Assembly: GCF_006345805.1 (NCBI RefSeq)
Contig: NC_043006.1
Span: 59,024,001 to 59,088,000, forward strand
Reading direction: 5' to 3'
From: Octopus sinensis
Taxonomy: Eukaryota
Length of the DNA stretch: 64,000 bases
The first letter of the stretch is position 1; every line of letters starts with the position of its first letter. The notes beneath the pieces were generated by a model. The model saw only the letters and a list, made by a program, of their open reading frames with translations. It had not been told where the DNA came from and ran no database searches. The position numbers and the translations under genes are program-made. This document shows, piece after piece, positions 13,158 through 27,589 of the stretch.

Positions 13158-13560
13158 AAGAGAGAGAGGAAGAGGGAGGGAGAGAGTATGTGTGTGTGAG
13201 AGAGAGAGGAAGAGGGAGGGAGAGAGTATGTGTTGTGAGAGAGAGAGAAGAGGAGGAGAGAGTATGTGTGTGTGAGAGAGAGAGGAAGAGGGAGGGAGAG
13301 AGTATGTGTGTGTGTGAGAGAGAGGAAGAGGGAGGGAGAGAGTATGTGTGTGTGAGAGAGAGAGGAAGAGGGAGGGAGAGAGTATGTGTGTGTGAGAGAG
13401 AGAGGAAGAGGGAGGGAGAGAGTATGTGTGTGTGTGAGAGAGAGGAAGAGGGAGGGAGAGAGTATGTGTGTGTGAGAGAGAGAGGAAGAGGGAGGGAGAG
13501 AGTATGTGTGTGTGAGAGAGAGAGAGGAAGAGGGAGGGAGAGAGTATGTGTGTGTGTGAG
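13158..13560. repeat. Minisatellite, ~36-38 bp unit (gagagagaggaagagggaggggagagagtatgtgtgtgt), about 11 copies, grading into (GA)n/(GT)n up to ~13980
   Basis: Directly visible; repeated LSHTHILSPSLFLS in the ORF track. Confidence 0.9.
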
Positions 13561-13879
13561 AGAGAGAGAGAGAGTGTGTGTATGTGTGTGTATATGCGAG
13601 AGAGGGAGAGAGAGTGCATGACAGAAAGAGAGAGTGTATGTATGTGTATGAGAGAAAGCGAAAGTGTATATGTGTGTGTGTTGAGAGAGAGAGAGTGTGT
13701 ATGTGTGTGTGTGAAAGAGTGAGAGAGTGTATGTGTGTGTGAGAGAGTGTATGTGTGAGAGAGAGTGTATGTGTGTGCGAGAGAGAGAGAGAGAGAGTGT
13801 ATGTGTGTGAGAGAGAGAATGTACGTGAGAAAGTGAGAGAGTGTATGTATGTGCATGTGAGAGAGAAAGAGTGTGTGTA

Positions 13880-13923
<44 letters not shown>

Positions 13924-13934
13924 TGTGTGTGTGG

Positions 13935-13984
<50 letters not shown>

Positions 13985-14904
13985 TGCAAGCTGCAGTATA
14001 GAAATATTATAATAAGCAGTAAAATAATGAAACTAGATGGATAGAGAAAAAACAAATAAAAACCTTATCAGTTGTGGACACGCCTGGGAGTGAATATGTC
14101 TTGAAGTCAATATCCAAGTCAGAAAGCTTACATCGCAAAGACCATAAACTGAAAGCTATCGGGAAAAATATGAAAATTCTAACTTCTGGATCAATAAACT
14201 TGCTAGAATGCACAACAATCTTAGAACGCTTTTATAAAAATATATTAAAAGATGCGGAAAGAAATATGAAAATCACCCAGGGTACTCACGCAGAAAATAA
14301 ATGTATATTTATCCACGCAGAAGATAAATGTATATTTATTTTCTCCAAAATACAAAAAAAAAAAGGAGATAAATCAAGGGATCACAGATCAATGACTGGC
14401 ATTATCAACAATTGACAAAAAAATTTTTCGTTTCCCTCGTCATAGTGAGCATAGGCTATATTCCGAATAAGAATATGAGTTAATTTGAATAGATAGGGCA
14501 CACGAAAGGAGTTAAGAGTGTTTGTTCTCGCTTATGAGCAACAGAGTACAATGAACTATCTACAAGAAGGATTGTTGTCCAAATAAAGAAGGTTATTGAA
14601 ATATAATATATTGGATAATGTTTAGAAGATGATAACTGATAAAGAAGGCAATAACTTATGCGTCATAAAGATATTTAGCGAATATATCAATATGCAATTT
14701 AAATTAAAAAAGGTGGCTAACGGAAGAGTTACACATCTTATAATGATCAAACGAATGAAGGAACTACGTTTGGAGAGCGATTAAAGACTAATTTTTATGA
14801 GTGTGAAAATACGTAAAGGAACTTACTAGCATTAAATGTTAGTAAAATAATTGCTAATTATAGCGCAAGACACTCAGACTCGAGGTCAGGTGTTTATTAT
14901 TATT

Positions 14905-14972
<68 letters not shown>

Positions 14973-15099
14973 TGTGTACAGTGCTCAGGTGCACTACAAC
15001 TCATCTAAAGTGTATATATAATCAGGTGTAGTTTCGGCGGATTTCGGAAAGCATGAGGGCCTTAAAGGATGCAGTGTTATGGCAATCAACATGACAGTC

Positions 15100-15435
15100 A
15101 ATTATTGCTTACATCGATCCCTGTACGTGACTAGTACTTTATTTTATCGAACCTAGATGGATGAAAGGAAGTATATTTGTCTTCGACATGATTTGAACGC
15201 AATATGTATAGAGCCAGAATAAACAGTGCAAGAAATATTTTTCAATATTTTAACGATTCCGTCAATCTTTCGCGCTTAGGATAGTTAAATAATTATTTCT
15301 AGTTTTGGCGCAAGGTCAGCAAACATTTGAACAGGAAGCAAGTCGATTACATCGACTTCTCGACCCCAGTACGAGACTGGTACTTTATTTTTTCGATGTC
15401 AGAAAGAGGAAAGAGGAAAAGAAGTCGACAAGGAA
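15100..15435 (-). mobile_element. Two adjacent degenerate S2 SINE copies
   Basis: acatcgat/acatcgac...gtactttatttt..cga...aaagg core occurs twice (~15110-15290 and ~15300-15435). Confidence 0.65.
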
Positions 15436-15903
15436 TTTCCTCTGTTGCTCTGCAAATTCACTGCCTTTCGCATAGTTTATAATAATTTTATGAGAACAGT
15501 TTAGGCTAATATCATTTTTGCTTCAACATTTGTGAAATATATTTTGAAATAATCAGGTGGAGATTCATTATAATTTAATAACTACGATGCCTGTGGTAAA
15601 TTGTAGTTGCGGTTAGACTATGTTTAATTAAGGAGGTCTCATAAGACGGAAACTTATCAATAATTGTTAATCCATTATCAAAAATCAAACTACCTTTTCA
15701 ATAAGCTCGATATCTAATACATTTTTGATATTTTGATCAAAATTAATTACTTAAAAAATGCGAGTGTAATCTTTTTTTTTATAAAAAAATGTCTTGGATT
15801 ATTACATATATTATACTAGCGCTTATTACTATTAAATATGAACATCTAGTCAGTGAATGTATTAACAGCAAGTAGAGGCAGAGTCTTGAACTTGAAGTAT
15901 CTC

Positions 15904-15934
<31 letters not shown>

Positions 15935-16413
15935 ATCTACCTATCTACCTACCTACCTGCTTACCAACCTATCTATCTATCTATCTGTCTATCTATCTAT
16001 ATTTTTACTTCTTGTTTCCTTTTTATATTATAAAATTACCACCAACACTACATTACAATGTGCGATATAGATGTAATACTTTTGATTTCACTTTAACGCC
16101 CTCAAGTTTTTCTTATAAAACTCTTTGAACAACCACTCGTTTTTATCATCTCTTCTATTGTGAGATTACGTCGAACACAATAACGGAAATATCACTTTCC
16201 GCTTTAATAACACCGCGGATGTAAGCTGCAGCTACATGAACTATTGTGGTGGTTGACGTTTACACTCCCAACCCCCCATTTAAGTGAAAGTGGACCGAAG
16301 AAACTACTACGTTATAGTCTCTGGTTTGAAGAAACCTCGGTGACAACGGCATCAGTTGATTTTATATCATCATAACATGTGTGTGTATGTGCGTGCGTGT
16401 GAGTATATACATA

Positions 16414-16459
<46 letters not shown>

Positions 16460-16640
16460 ATATATATATATTATATATATATATATATATATAATAAATA
16501 TATATGTGTGTGTGTGTTGTATGTATGTATTTTTATTATTATCATTATTTGATAACAGTTTGACACACTTTCATGGAACTTCAACTTTCGTGGGTTCATA
16601 GAACGAACCTATATCGTTAGGTATCTCTCTAGATACCTGA

Positions 16641-16711
<71 letters not shown>

Positions 16712-16730
16712 CTATATATATATTATATAC

Positions 16731-17960
16731 ATAATGTCATCTACCTTGATTTCAGTAAGGCCTTCGACAGGATCGATCACAAGATCCTATTGAAAAAACT
16801 ATCCAACATTGGTGTCTCTGGAAAGTTACTGAAATGGATCAAGTGTTTCCTGACAGACAGATCTCAACATGTAGTTGAAGGGGTAAAATCAAGCCCAGCC
16901 AAAGTCAGTAGTGGCGTTCCGCAAGGCACTGTGCTGGGCCCACTTCTTTTCATCATTTACATTAATGACATTAATGACATCATCAAGCACAGCAACATAA
17001 AATTTTTGCAGATGATTCCAAGCTACAGAAGGTCATAAATGAGGCGAGTGACCGGACATGCCTTCAGTCAGATCTACTGGCTGTTATCCAATGGGCAGAA
17101 AAAAACAATATGCTGCTGAACGAGGATAAATTTGAGTTAATCCACTTTGGAAAAGAGGATGCCCTGAAACTCCCATACTCCCTTCCTTCAGGTGAAACTC
17201 TCGCAGCGTCCAACAACATCAGAGACTTGGGAGTAATTGTGGACAACAACATAAGCTGGGCCACTCATATAAACACCAAAGTTGACATGGCCGCAGAATG
17301 TGTTCCTGGATTCTCAGAACTTTCCAGTCGAGAGATATCCACACCATTATCCTTCTCTTCTCCACTTTTGCCCGACCCCACCTTGAATACTGTTGTCCAC
17401 TGTGGTCTCCCCACACAATACAAGGTATCATAAAAGTTGAAGCACCTCAAGGGCAATCACAAAAAAGATAGATGGCATGACAGGCCTCGACTATTGGGGT
17501 CGACTAGAAAAGCTAAAACTTTATTCTCTCCAACGTCGTCGTGAGCGCTACATCATCTGCATGATGTGGAAAATATTCCATCAGCATTGCCCAAATGATG
17601 TTGGCATCACCTTTAAGGTACATCCAAGGCTTGGGCCCCGTGCCATCCGCCCAAAACAAAAATCGCACTCTCATCTCATAAAACAATACGGCACAATTAT
17701 TTCACCCTCATTGGCTCCGCTCTCTTAACATTACACACCAAAACACATTAAAACAGAAACTGACCCTATAGGGTTCAAGAAGTCTTTGGACAGATTCCTT
17801 CAAGAAATCCCGGATAACCCCCTACACCCAGATATGTCTCTGTAAACAATAACTCTCTACTTGAGTGGGCCATAGTGCCCAATTCTGACTTGAAAGACTT
17901 CACCAGGTGGTGCTATTAAGTTAGACATGGCCTGGGCCAATGATGGCCGAAACCTATCAA
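16731..17960 (+). mobile_element. 5'-truncated CR1/L2-group LINE: RT C-terminal half and 3' end, frameshifted
   Basis: VIYLDFSKAFDRIDHKILL, SGVPQGTVLGPLLFIIYIND, FADDSKL (across a frameshift), RDLGVIVD and YSLQRRRERY; ends in a microsatellite tail. Confidence 0.92.
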
Positions 17961-17970
17961 AGTATGTATG

Positions 17971-18001
<31 letters not shown>

Positions 18002-18009
18002 ATAATATA

Positions 18010-18056
<47 letters not shown>

Positions 18057-18078
18057 GATATATATATTATATATATAG

Positions 18079-18110
<32 letters not shown>

Positions 18111-18228
18111 TGTGTATATTATATATATATGTATATATATTATATATATATCTATTAGATATATATATATATATAATATATATTATATATATGTAATATA
18201 TATATTATATATATATATATATAATATA

Positions 18229-18269
<41 letters not shown>

Positions 18270-18376
18270 GTGTATATATATATATATGTATGTATATATA
18301 TATATATATATATATATCATATATATATATATATATATAATATTGTATGCATATTGTATATATATATTGTATGCAT

Positions 18377-18806
18377 ATTGTATAGGCGTATGTGTTATAA
18401 GAAGCTTGCTTCCCAGCCACATGGTTCTGGGTTCAGTCCTACTGCGTGACATCTTTGCAAATGTCTCCTAGTATAACCTCAGGCCGACCAAAGCCTTATG
18501 AATGGATTTCGTAGGGGAAACTGAAAAGTCCGTTATATATGTATATATATCTATGTGTTATGTGTCAGTGTGTTTAGTTTGTCTCCCTCACCCGCTTAGC
18601 GCTTGACAACCGATGTGTGTTTAAAAACAGTGTGAGTGTATATATATAATATATATATATACATATATAATATATATTATATGTATATATATATATATGT
18701 ATATATATTGTATATATATATATATGTATGTATATATATATATATAATATATATATATATATATAATATTGTATATATATATATGTATATAATATATATA
18801 TATTAT

Positions 18807-18848
<42 letters not shown>

Positions 18849-18888
18849 GTATATATATGTGTATATATATATATGTATGTATATATAT

Positions 18889-18922
<34 letters not shown>

Positions 18923-19388
18923 ATATATTGTATGCAATTGTATATATATATTGTATGCATATTGTATAGGCGTATGTGTTATAAGAAGCTTGCTTCCCAG
19001 CCACATTGTTCTGGGTTCAGTCCTACTGCGTGACATCTTGTGCAAATGTCTCCTAGTATAACCTCAGGCCGACCAAAGCCTTATGAATGGATTTCGTAGG
19101 CGGAAACTGAAAAGTCCGTTCTATATATGTATATATTATGTGTATGTGTCAGTGTGTTTATGTTTGTCTCCCTCACCCGCTTAGCGCTTGACAACCGATG
19201 TGTTGTATAAACAGTGTGAGGTAATATATTATATATATATATACATATATAATATATATTATATGTATATATATATATATGTATATATATTGTATATATA
19301 TATATATGTATGTATATATATATATATAATATATATATATATATATAATATTGTATATATATATATGTATATAATATATATATATTAT

Positions 19389-19430
<42 letters not shown>

Positions 19431-19470
19431 GTATATATATGTGTATATATATATATGTATGTATATATAT

Positions 19471-19504
<34 letters not shown>

Positions 19505-19830
19505 ATATATTGTATGCAATTGTATATATATATTGTATGCATATTGTATAGGCGTATGTGTTATAAGAAGCTTGCTTCCCAGCCACATTGTTCTGGGTTC
19601 AGTCCTACTGCGTGACATCTTGTGCAAATGTCTCCTAGTATAACCTCAGGCCGACCAAAGCCTTATGAATGGATTTCGTAGGCGGAAACTGAAAAGTCCG
19701 TTCTATATATGTATATATATCTATGTGTATGTGTCAGTGTGTTTATGTTTGTCTCCCTCACCCGCTTAGCGCTTGACAACCGATGTGTGTTTATAACAGT
19801 GTGAGTGTATATATATATATTATATATATA
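18377..19830 (+). repeat. Tandem array of a ~582-584 bp unit (S1 SINE 5' part plus TA microsatellite), about 2.5-3 copies
   Basis: attgtataggcgtatgtgttataagaagc starts at 18377, 18961 and 19543; ORFs 18873-19061 and 19455-19643 are identical. Confidence 0.9.
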
Positions 19831-21380
19831 CATGTGGGTGGGTATGCGGGAGCGCGCTTGTAACAATAGTTCTTATATTTCTAAAGACTAGGTATCTTGA
19901 ATATATTTGTAACTCTTCCTTCTTTCACGTTTGCTATTAGCATCGAGAGAAAGGAAAATAAACAAAAAAAATAAATAAAAAAAACAATAATTTTCTGCTT
20001 GAACAGGCAGAAGACAAGAAGACATTGAAATTCTCAATAAAAAAGATTTACCATAGCTAAGAACTTCAAGTGAAGAAGATTTAAGTTTCAAAATGTGTAA
20101 AAGGAAAAAGTAACTGAATGCTACTATTAAATAAAAAAAATACTAAAGTGGTAAATTCTAATTCTCCAATCAACTTTAGCAAAAGATACTCGGCAGATAA
20201 ACAGAAAAGGGAGTAAGTACCTTCAGAGATAGAAATAAGTACCTTCCGAGTACCTTCAGAGTAAGTACCTTCAGAGGTAGAAATAAAGAGAAGAAATAAA
20301 GCAAGAACGTTTGACTAAAATACCAAGATTAAAAGGTTGTTTTTTCCTGTAAAAGACCACTTTGTATAAGCGTAGGCCAAACACATCACCCGATTTAACA
20401 GCACCACTTCTATCATCATAATAACCATTACCACTGCAACAACTACCATCACAACAAGCACTCCTACCACTACAACCAATCGCCACACAATCCTCATCAC
20501 ATCTACTACTACCACCGTAAATTCTGCCACCACCATCACCACCAATACCGCAACCACATGCAAGTGTTGAGACCAAAGCCAGATTTATTAATTTTCCGTC
20601 CACGTTTGACGTGTAAAACTTGACGTCTTTATGTTCAAGCTTGGCATTATCCACACCATTTCTATCAGTCTAAGAGGAATTGCAAAGGCTGTGGCATAGC
20701 ATTTTCCTCTAATGCACTCACACACATGCACATATCTATGTATATATGTTCATATAAACAGAATGATTGAAAAGAATATACTAGAGATTTTAAGATAAAG
20801 TCAAACAGATATATGGTATGTACAATGACAAATGGAATCAAAGGGAATACAAATGTCATTTTCTTATGAGAGATATCCATCAGAACAGACAGAAAGATTA
20901 AAGCTAAAAGATGGAGTTAAACTAAAGGAAGAGGAAACGCACATTCATTGACATCGTTCTTGCTGTATGTAAGACAATATTATTTACAAATAGTCATACA
21001 TGTACATAGCTACCATTTTTCTATGCTTGTATATCTATCTGTTTTAATGATTTAAATTCTTCTTAGAGATACAGAGATGTTTGATAACACAGGAACAAAG
21101 TAACATCACCTAGAAATTAGACAAGAACAGTAAAAAGTTACATGCTGGATGTAAGAGATTTTGGGAATTTTTATTGATCCACTAAGGTTTTTGAGTTACT
21201 GAAATGAGACAGTTATTAACGTAACCAATTACACTAATAACTACAGGTATAAATGTAAATTCATAATCTCGGTAGAAAAGCTATTGTTCTGGAAGTAGTG
21301 ATTTTTAAAGAAATTTTCATTACTGTAGGGCAACTGAATATAAATTTTCTTTCTTAAACAATTACGATCAGGTGCGAAAT

Positions 21381-22632
21381 TCATAAGATCGGCTGAAAAG
21401 TCCACGGACTGACCAGAATACTCCCATGGAATGTGAACAAGTGAAGTTTATTTTTCAACATTGTCCCTCTTGCGGTCCACACACTTCTTCCATTGGTATT
21501 GCAGTGCATGGAACCCATTGGTGAAGAAGCTTTCATCCTGTTGCTCAAAAAGTCATCAACAGCAGATATGACGCTATAATCACTGCAAGACTGCTTTTCG
21601 GCCATTTTTTTAAATGTTGGGGGAGAGCGGATGATAAGTTGACGGGGCCAAATCAGGAGAGTAGGGACGGTGATCAACCAGTTCAATGCCACAGTCACGC
21701 ACAGCAGCTATTGGAACCAAGGATTTGTGTACTGGAGCATGTTCTCATGAAACAAGACTCTTTTCGTCAGTTTTCTTGGGAGTTTGGCCTTGATAGACTT
21801 TCGTAACTGCTTGAAAAAGTTGGCACAATACGCTCCATTGAAAGTGTGGCCCTTTTGAAGATAGTCAATAAAAACAATGTCTTTTGTATCCCCCAAAACT
21901 GAGGCCGTCACTTTTTTTCTTCAGATGAAACGACCTTGGCTTCTTTTGAGCAGGTGAGGAGTTTTCCGCTGCATGGATTGTCTCTTTGTCTCTAGCTCAA
22001 AGGATAAATCTAACCCATCATTCAGGGTTAGGAAATGGTCAAGGAAATCAGAGGGATCTGTCTAACTTAATGTCAAAATTTGCCAGCGATACGGTCAGCC
22101 TGGTGCGCTTTTGTTCAGATGTCAGAAGTTCATTGTGCTGAATATTCTCAACTTTCTCACTGGATAAGCTAATAACATTGGCTATTTGATTTATATATAA
22201 GCAATCACCAGTTATCTATCAGCATGTGGTGAACACAATCAATGTTTACCTCGGTGGATGCTGTTGTAGGACGTCAGATCTTAGGTCATCTTTAAGACTC
22301 TCTATTGCTCACCCAAATTCAGCTGTCCACTTTTGCACTGTGGATAACGCTTGAGAGTAATGGCCTAATCTATCAACCATATCAGTATGAATGTCATTGG
22401 AGGTAGGAGATAAACCCTGTTTCCGCACTACGCTGTAAAATATTGTACATTTTCAAGAGAAGTCGGTACTAGTTACTTTTGAAGTGTTCTTTGAATAGTC
22501 AGATGTGATTTTATGTGGAAAGATACAATGCATTTATCAGTAAAAGGAGCTGGAATTAATGCATATAAGATTTCACAGCTCCAGTGCAACTCCTTTATTG
22601 TCAGTCTATTAACTTTCCAGCCCAACCTTGTA
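21381..22632 (-). mobile_element. Near full-length (~1.25 kb) decayed mariner DNA transposon
   Basis: Degenerate TIRs (ggctgaaaagtccacggactgac vs ggctggaaagttaatagactgac) with TA at the right end. Transposase pieces: DDLRSGRPTTAST, SVLGDTKDIVFIDYLQKGHTFNGAYCANFFKQLRKSIK, HRPYSPDLAPS and VISAVDDF. Confidence 0.88.
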
Positions 22633-22764
22633 TGTTAGACATAAGTTTGTACTTAGGTACGTGGCAGAAAAAGAATCTCCGTGTTGAGACGTATGTATAT
22701 ATTCAACAACAGAATTATTTTCTCCTCCTCCTTCTCTCTCTGTCTTTCTGTCTGTCTCTCTGTC

Positions 22765-22880
<116 letters not shown>

Positions 22881-23222
22881 AGAGCAGTGTTTTGGTATGA
22901 AGAATGTCTCTCAGATCTTTATTGAAGTTTGCAAGTTCAGTAATTCCCAAGTCGATTCGTCCGACGCTTTCTTCACTTTCCAGTACGTCGTTGATTTTAT
23001 TGTTTAATAAATTATGTCTGAAAGATGATATCCAAATATGACAACTAAAGTATGTACAGACTAATCTTAAATCTTGTTTCTCTTTTCTCCAGACACAAGG
23101 CTTTATTTCTGTGAAAAATTCCAGCTAATGTATGTATGTATTATATTATATTATTTAAATATACACACATATATACATACATACACACACTATATATATA
23201 TATATATATATATATAGATATA

Positions 23223-23278
<56 letters not shown>

Positions 23279-23306
23279 TATATAATATATATAATATATA
23301 CATATA

Positions 23307-23470
23307 GGCGTAGGGGTGGCTGTGTGGTAAGAAGCTTGCTTCCCAATTACATGGTTTTGGGGTCCAGTTCCACTGCGTGGAGCCTTGGGTGGGTGTCTTC
23401 TACTGTAGCCTTGGGCCGACCAAAGCCTTGTGAGTGGATTTAGGTACGCGGAATCTGAAACAAAGCCGTC

Positions 23471-23538
<68 letters not shown>

Positions 23539-23699
23539 ATTTATGTGAGCGTGTTATTGTGACTGTATTTGTTCCCTTACCACCGCTTGACAATCAATGT
23601 TGATATGTCTATTTCCCCCCACCATTAACTTAGCAGTTCGGCAAAAGAGACTGATAGACTAAATACTATGCTTACAAAGAATAAGTCCTGGGGTCGATG
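23307..23699 (+). mobile_element. S1 SINE
   Basis: ggcgtaggggtggctgtgtggtaagaagcttgcttccc head through aagaataagtcctggggtcgat. Confidence 0.9.
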
Positions 23700-23734
23700 T
23701 ATATATACATACACATTTATAAACATATATGTAA

Positions 23735-23765
<31 letters not shown>

Positions 23766-26099
23766 CATGTATCTATCCAGATGTATACGTTTATATAAGT
23801 GTGTGTGTAAGCGCGCGTGAGTGTGTGTGAGTGTGCGTGCGTGCATGTGTGTGCGTCTTTGTAGGGATGTATACATACATATCTATATTTCTGTTTTATT
23901 CTATGACGTCTTCCTATAACGAAAGGTTTCTAAGTAAGAAACAACTTCATTATTGACAATTAAATATCAACAGTTATCAAATACAAAAGAAAACAATGCT
24001 TATCTTACAAATTGAATTGTTAGATGTTTGCTTTCTTTGCCTGAAAATCTGATTTAATAAAGACAATTATTCTATCAGTTTCTGTTTATACATCTACATT
24101 TCTGCCTATAATCATAGAAGAAAAATAAAAGTGCACCAATGATTATGTGTATGTTATAAGTTTTCGTTGCAATTGGCTATAAATGTTATTTTTCTTTACG
24201 ACTTTTAAGAATGTCTACCTCTGCTGGGCAGCTCACCTCTACAACAGTATGCTTGATTTTTGTCAAAGAAATGGCAGAGGTTTCTTTTTTAATTTCTTAA
24301 AACAAATAAAGTACAGACAAAATGTCTTACTGGGAACGTCATTTTAAAGGAATTGTTGCTTCCAGGAAGTACATGTATTCTAATTTACACGTGTGAAGAT
24401 TGTTAGTCAGGTGTGCTTTCAATAGTAGCAGACAGAGCAGCTGAAACTTTCATTATGCAGTAATTTAAAATATTACGAGTTGAGAACAAAACCATACGCC
24501 TTCCAGTAATTATTTCATAATGTCACCAGATTTTTACAGCTTTTAAAAAGATTTAAACCAGACAGTTTAGTTTTATAAAATTTCTTCGACACATCATTCT
24601 TGTATTTCCAATATCCTTGGAGTAATTAGTTTAAACAGCTTTCGTGTAAGTTTATACTTAATTGTTCAACCAACACTAAACCTAACGTTTTCTGTCAACT
24701 GAATTTTTACATTCTTAGTTAAAATGTTTCTCCATTCTGTTATTAAACTAATTTACTATGTCGGTTTGGCATTACATATCTCTTTTAAACATGTACGCGA
24801 GTTAATTCCGGAAGAACTGTAACACCTTTTAACACAATCCAAATTGTAACCCACGTCTTTATGCCATCTCATTGTGTAGCTTTCACATAGTCTCATAAAC
24901 GTTTGGAGTTTGAAAATGTTTTACTGTTGATGCTGGAACAGAATGCTTCCGGTAATAATTATCGTTGATCGTTCTAGTTAAAAATTTCTTTTCATTCCAA
25001 ATCTTTGACAAACTAGATTTAAATTCATCTTGTTTAAAATGTTTTCATCTTATTTACAGTTTGTGGGTTGAAATAGATTTGTGATTTATGATGGTTCTTT
25101 ACAGTAATAGGGTTTGGTAATGGAATTTCTCATTATTGTCTTGGGTTCATGTCCGAAAATTTCATTTGAAGAATTTGGAGTGTAGAAACACCGCACATAT
25201 TAGTCATTGCTTCATACGATCTAGTTCGCGTGCCGATAATTTATTTTATACCATAATCTTATGATGTTATTTAAATATTCAGTTCTGAGGCAGAAGTTCT
25301 TGGTATTTCCCTGGGTGGCTTATGTTGGATTATTGATTAACTATGTCCGTAAGATATACAACCCTATTGTGAGAAAATATTTTGCGTCGTTTATGCAGTA
25401 TGAAAAATATGACAAGTTCCGAGAGCAGATTTTCCAATGCGTCATAAAGACATGCTGTAGTATATCTGTAATGTGCGATGATCATCATACATTATAGTAT
25501 TGTGGACTATCAGCCGAGTAATTTAGCACCTTGTTCATTGCCGTGAAATATCTCCATGGTTTCAGATTACTCTGGCAATGTTGATTGCACAACGCAGTTT
25601 CCTACTAGAATATCGCTATATGTCCATAAGATGAGCTCAATTAATTGGGAGGCAGTTAATTTTAACGATTAAGGCGCAAGTAATTATACACAATAACCAC
25701 ATCTACAGAGTAGCCCCAAATTATACCAAGATAGACAACGAGATCGATCTCAGGTTGAGAGAGGGACTCATTGTTGCTCACAAATGAGATTCCGAAGGGA
25801 ACTTTGATATGTATATGAACACAGCCTATTGCCACGATTCTTACAACCACTCCAAAAATATGAAATACTATAAACCAGTGTGGAAGTTTGGAAACATTTG
25901 ATAGCAACTGTCAACGAGGCTAGTTTAACTTTCAACCATACTTTACAAAGGTTGAGTCATATAATGCTATTACAAGCGGTGTTTAAAGCTATTTTGTTAT
26001 TTTAACTTTTCCATAAGTATCTGCTTTTGCCATCACATGTATAGGAGTTGAAAATAGCAAAATATCTCTGTTATATGATATAGTGTTGCTGAGCAAAGC

Positions 26100-27050
26100 G
26101 TAATAACGAGAGACAAATAATGTAGCGCAGCTGGATTGGGATGGACACAGAACAAGTTAACCTCACACCTGAATGAAAAAAAAAAGGTCTGGGAAGATAC
26201 TGCGACCCACGAAAATAGAGAGTAGAAACGTTTGACTAAAGCAGATGTGTCAGGAAGATCACATCCAAAGAAACTTGGGAGACAGTGAGAAAAGGAAGTT
26301 ATCGGAAAGCATGTGGCAGAATACGATAGAATAACTATCGTATTCTTATTCGTCCCGAGAGCATTGTACGATGTTTTCCCCTATCTGACCAAATAATACG
26401 TCAATGTCAGCGGTGCGGAGGTTATGCATTATTGGTGATGGTTCTGGCAGCATGGAAATCATTCCATGCAAAGTATTCCTAACGGTATAATCAAGTCTTG
26501 AATGTCGTCGCAGATGTACTAAAACGTATCACTGTAGTGAGAATCAACACTAAATTAATGCTTATTGTTTTCCTGAACGAGGGTGATAAAACACAATGAA
26601 GGAGCATAAACAAACTAAATCCGCACCTTAACCTTCTGCATGATGCCAGCGGCTTGATTTGAAGAAAAAATTTATATCCCAATGTGATATTACAATAACG
26701 AAGCAATAATCTGACCTTATGGTATAGTCTAATACGAGAAATTGATCCAAAATTTGAGTTGAGGAAGCCTTGCATAAGTAATATGTATGAGGTACAAAGA
26801 AGGCATGACCTAAAATATAAATGGCTTACGAAATCGTGTAAGATAGTAAGGTACTAAGATATCATTGTTATCAGTAGAGAGCAGTAGATAGATGTTTTCA
26901 GTAAAGTTGGAATGTGGGTTCAAAGCTGGATCCTCTATGTAATGTCACAATTAGGAAACATAGCAGGACAGTGGTTCATGAAGTGGATGGGTGCAGAAAA
27001 TGCATTATAATGAATATGACAGAGATGAAAGAAAGTCTAAAGTTGAGAAA
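26100..27050 (+). mobile_element. Very decayed RLE-type LINE remnant, HERO-like
   Basis: Broken motifs LFVPRALYDVFP, CQRCGG (CCHC start), RYNQVLNVVADVLK and HEVDG; heavy decay. Confidence 0.4.
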
Positions 27051-27589
27051 GCTAAAAATAGCTACCAAATTCTCTCAGATTCTACTCTAATGTACTAAGG
27101 CTGGAAGGGCACATTAAACAATCATGTTTAAATATACAGATGCGATTATCAGGCTGTAATAACTTTGTTGTATCTTCTCAATTAGAGTTGACTTGTTTAT
27201 ATCATCTACATTTAAAGGCGGCGAACTAGCAGAATTGTTGGACAATCGGGTTAAATTTTGCAATTATTTAAGTAACACCGTTAACATCCTGCATTAAAAT
27301 CTTGTCAAGATCAGCTTCGTCTTTCTTCTAGGGTTGTTGATAAAATAAAATACCAGTCGTGTATTCTCGATCAATTTAACCGACTATACCGTCCTCCAAA
27401 ATGTGTGAACTTGATGTGCGAACTTGTGCCAACGTTACAAGTCAATATTTAGCAATATTACAGAGATAGTGTTGAAGTGCCAATTAATGGTTCAACAGAT
27501 CGAATCCAATACGCAACACTTAATTTTCAGCAGGTCATAAATATCTATTATATTTAGTATAGTTCCGCAGTTACGCTATAATATCGATT

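Noticed and set aside
13125-14055. 243- and 299-aa ORFs
   Set aside because: Minisatellite and (GA)n translations.
20212-20285. Short repeats of taagtaccttcagag (3-4 copies), superficially array-like
   Set aside because: Irregular spacing and no unique spacers of constant length; simple slippage duplication, not CRISPR.
24300-25200. Possible decayed DNA-transposon ORF on the minus strand (e.g. RWHKDVGYNLDCVKRCY)
   Set aside because: No catalytic motif or termini could be identified; too fragmentary without a translated search.
25380-25790. Weak GIY-YIG-like fragments (VMCDDHHTL*YCG; EIDLRLREGLI)
   Set aside because: Motif match too loose to call.
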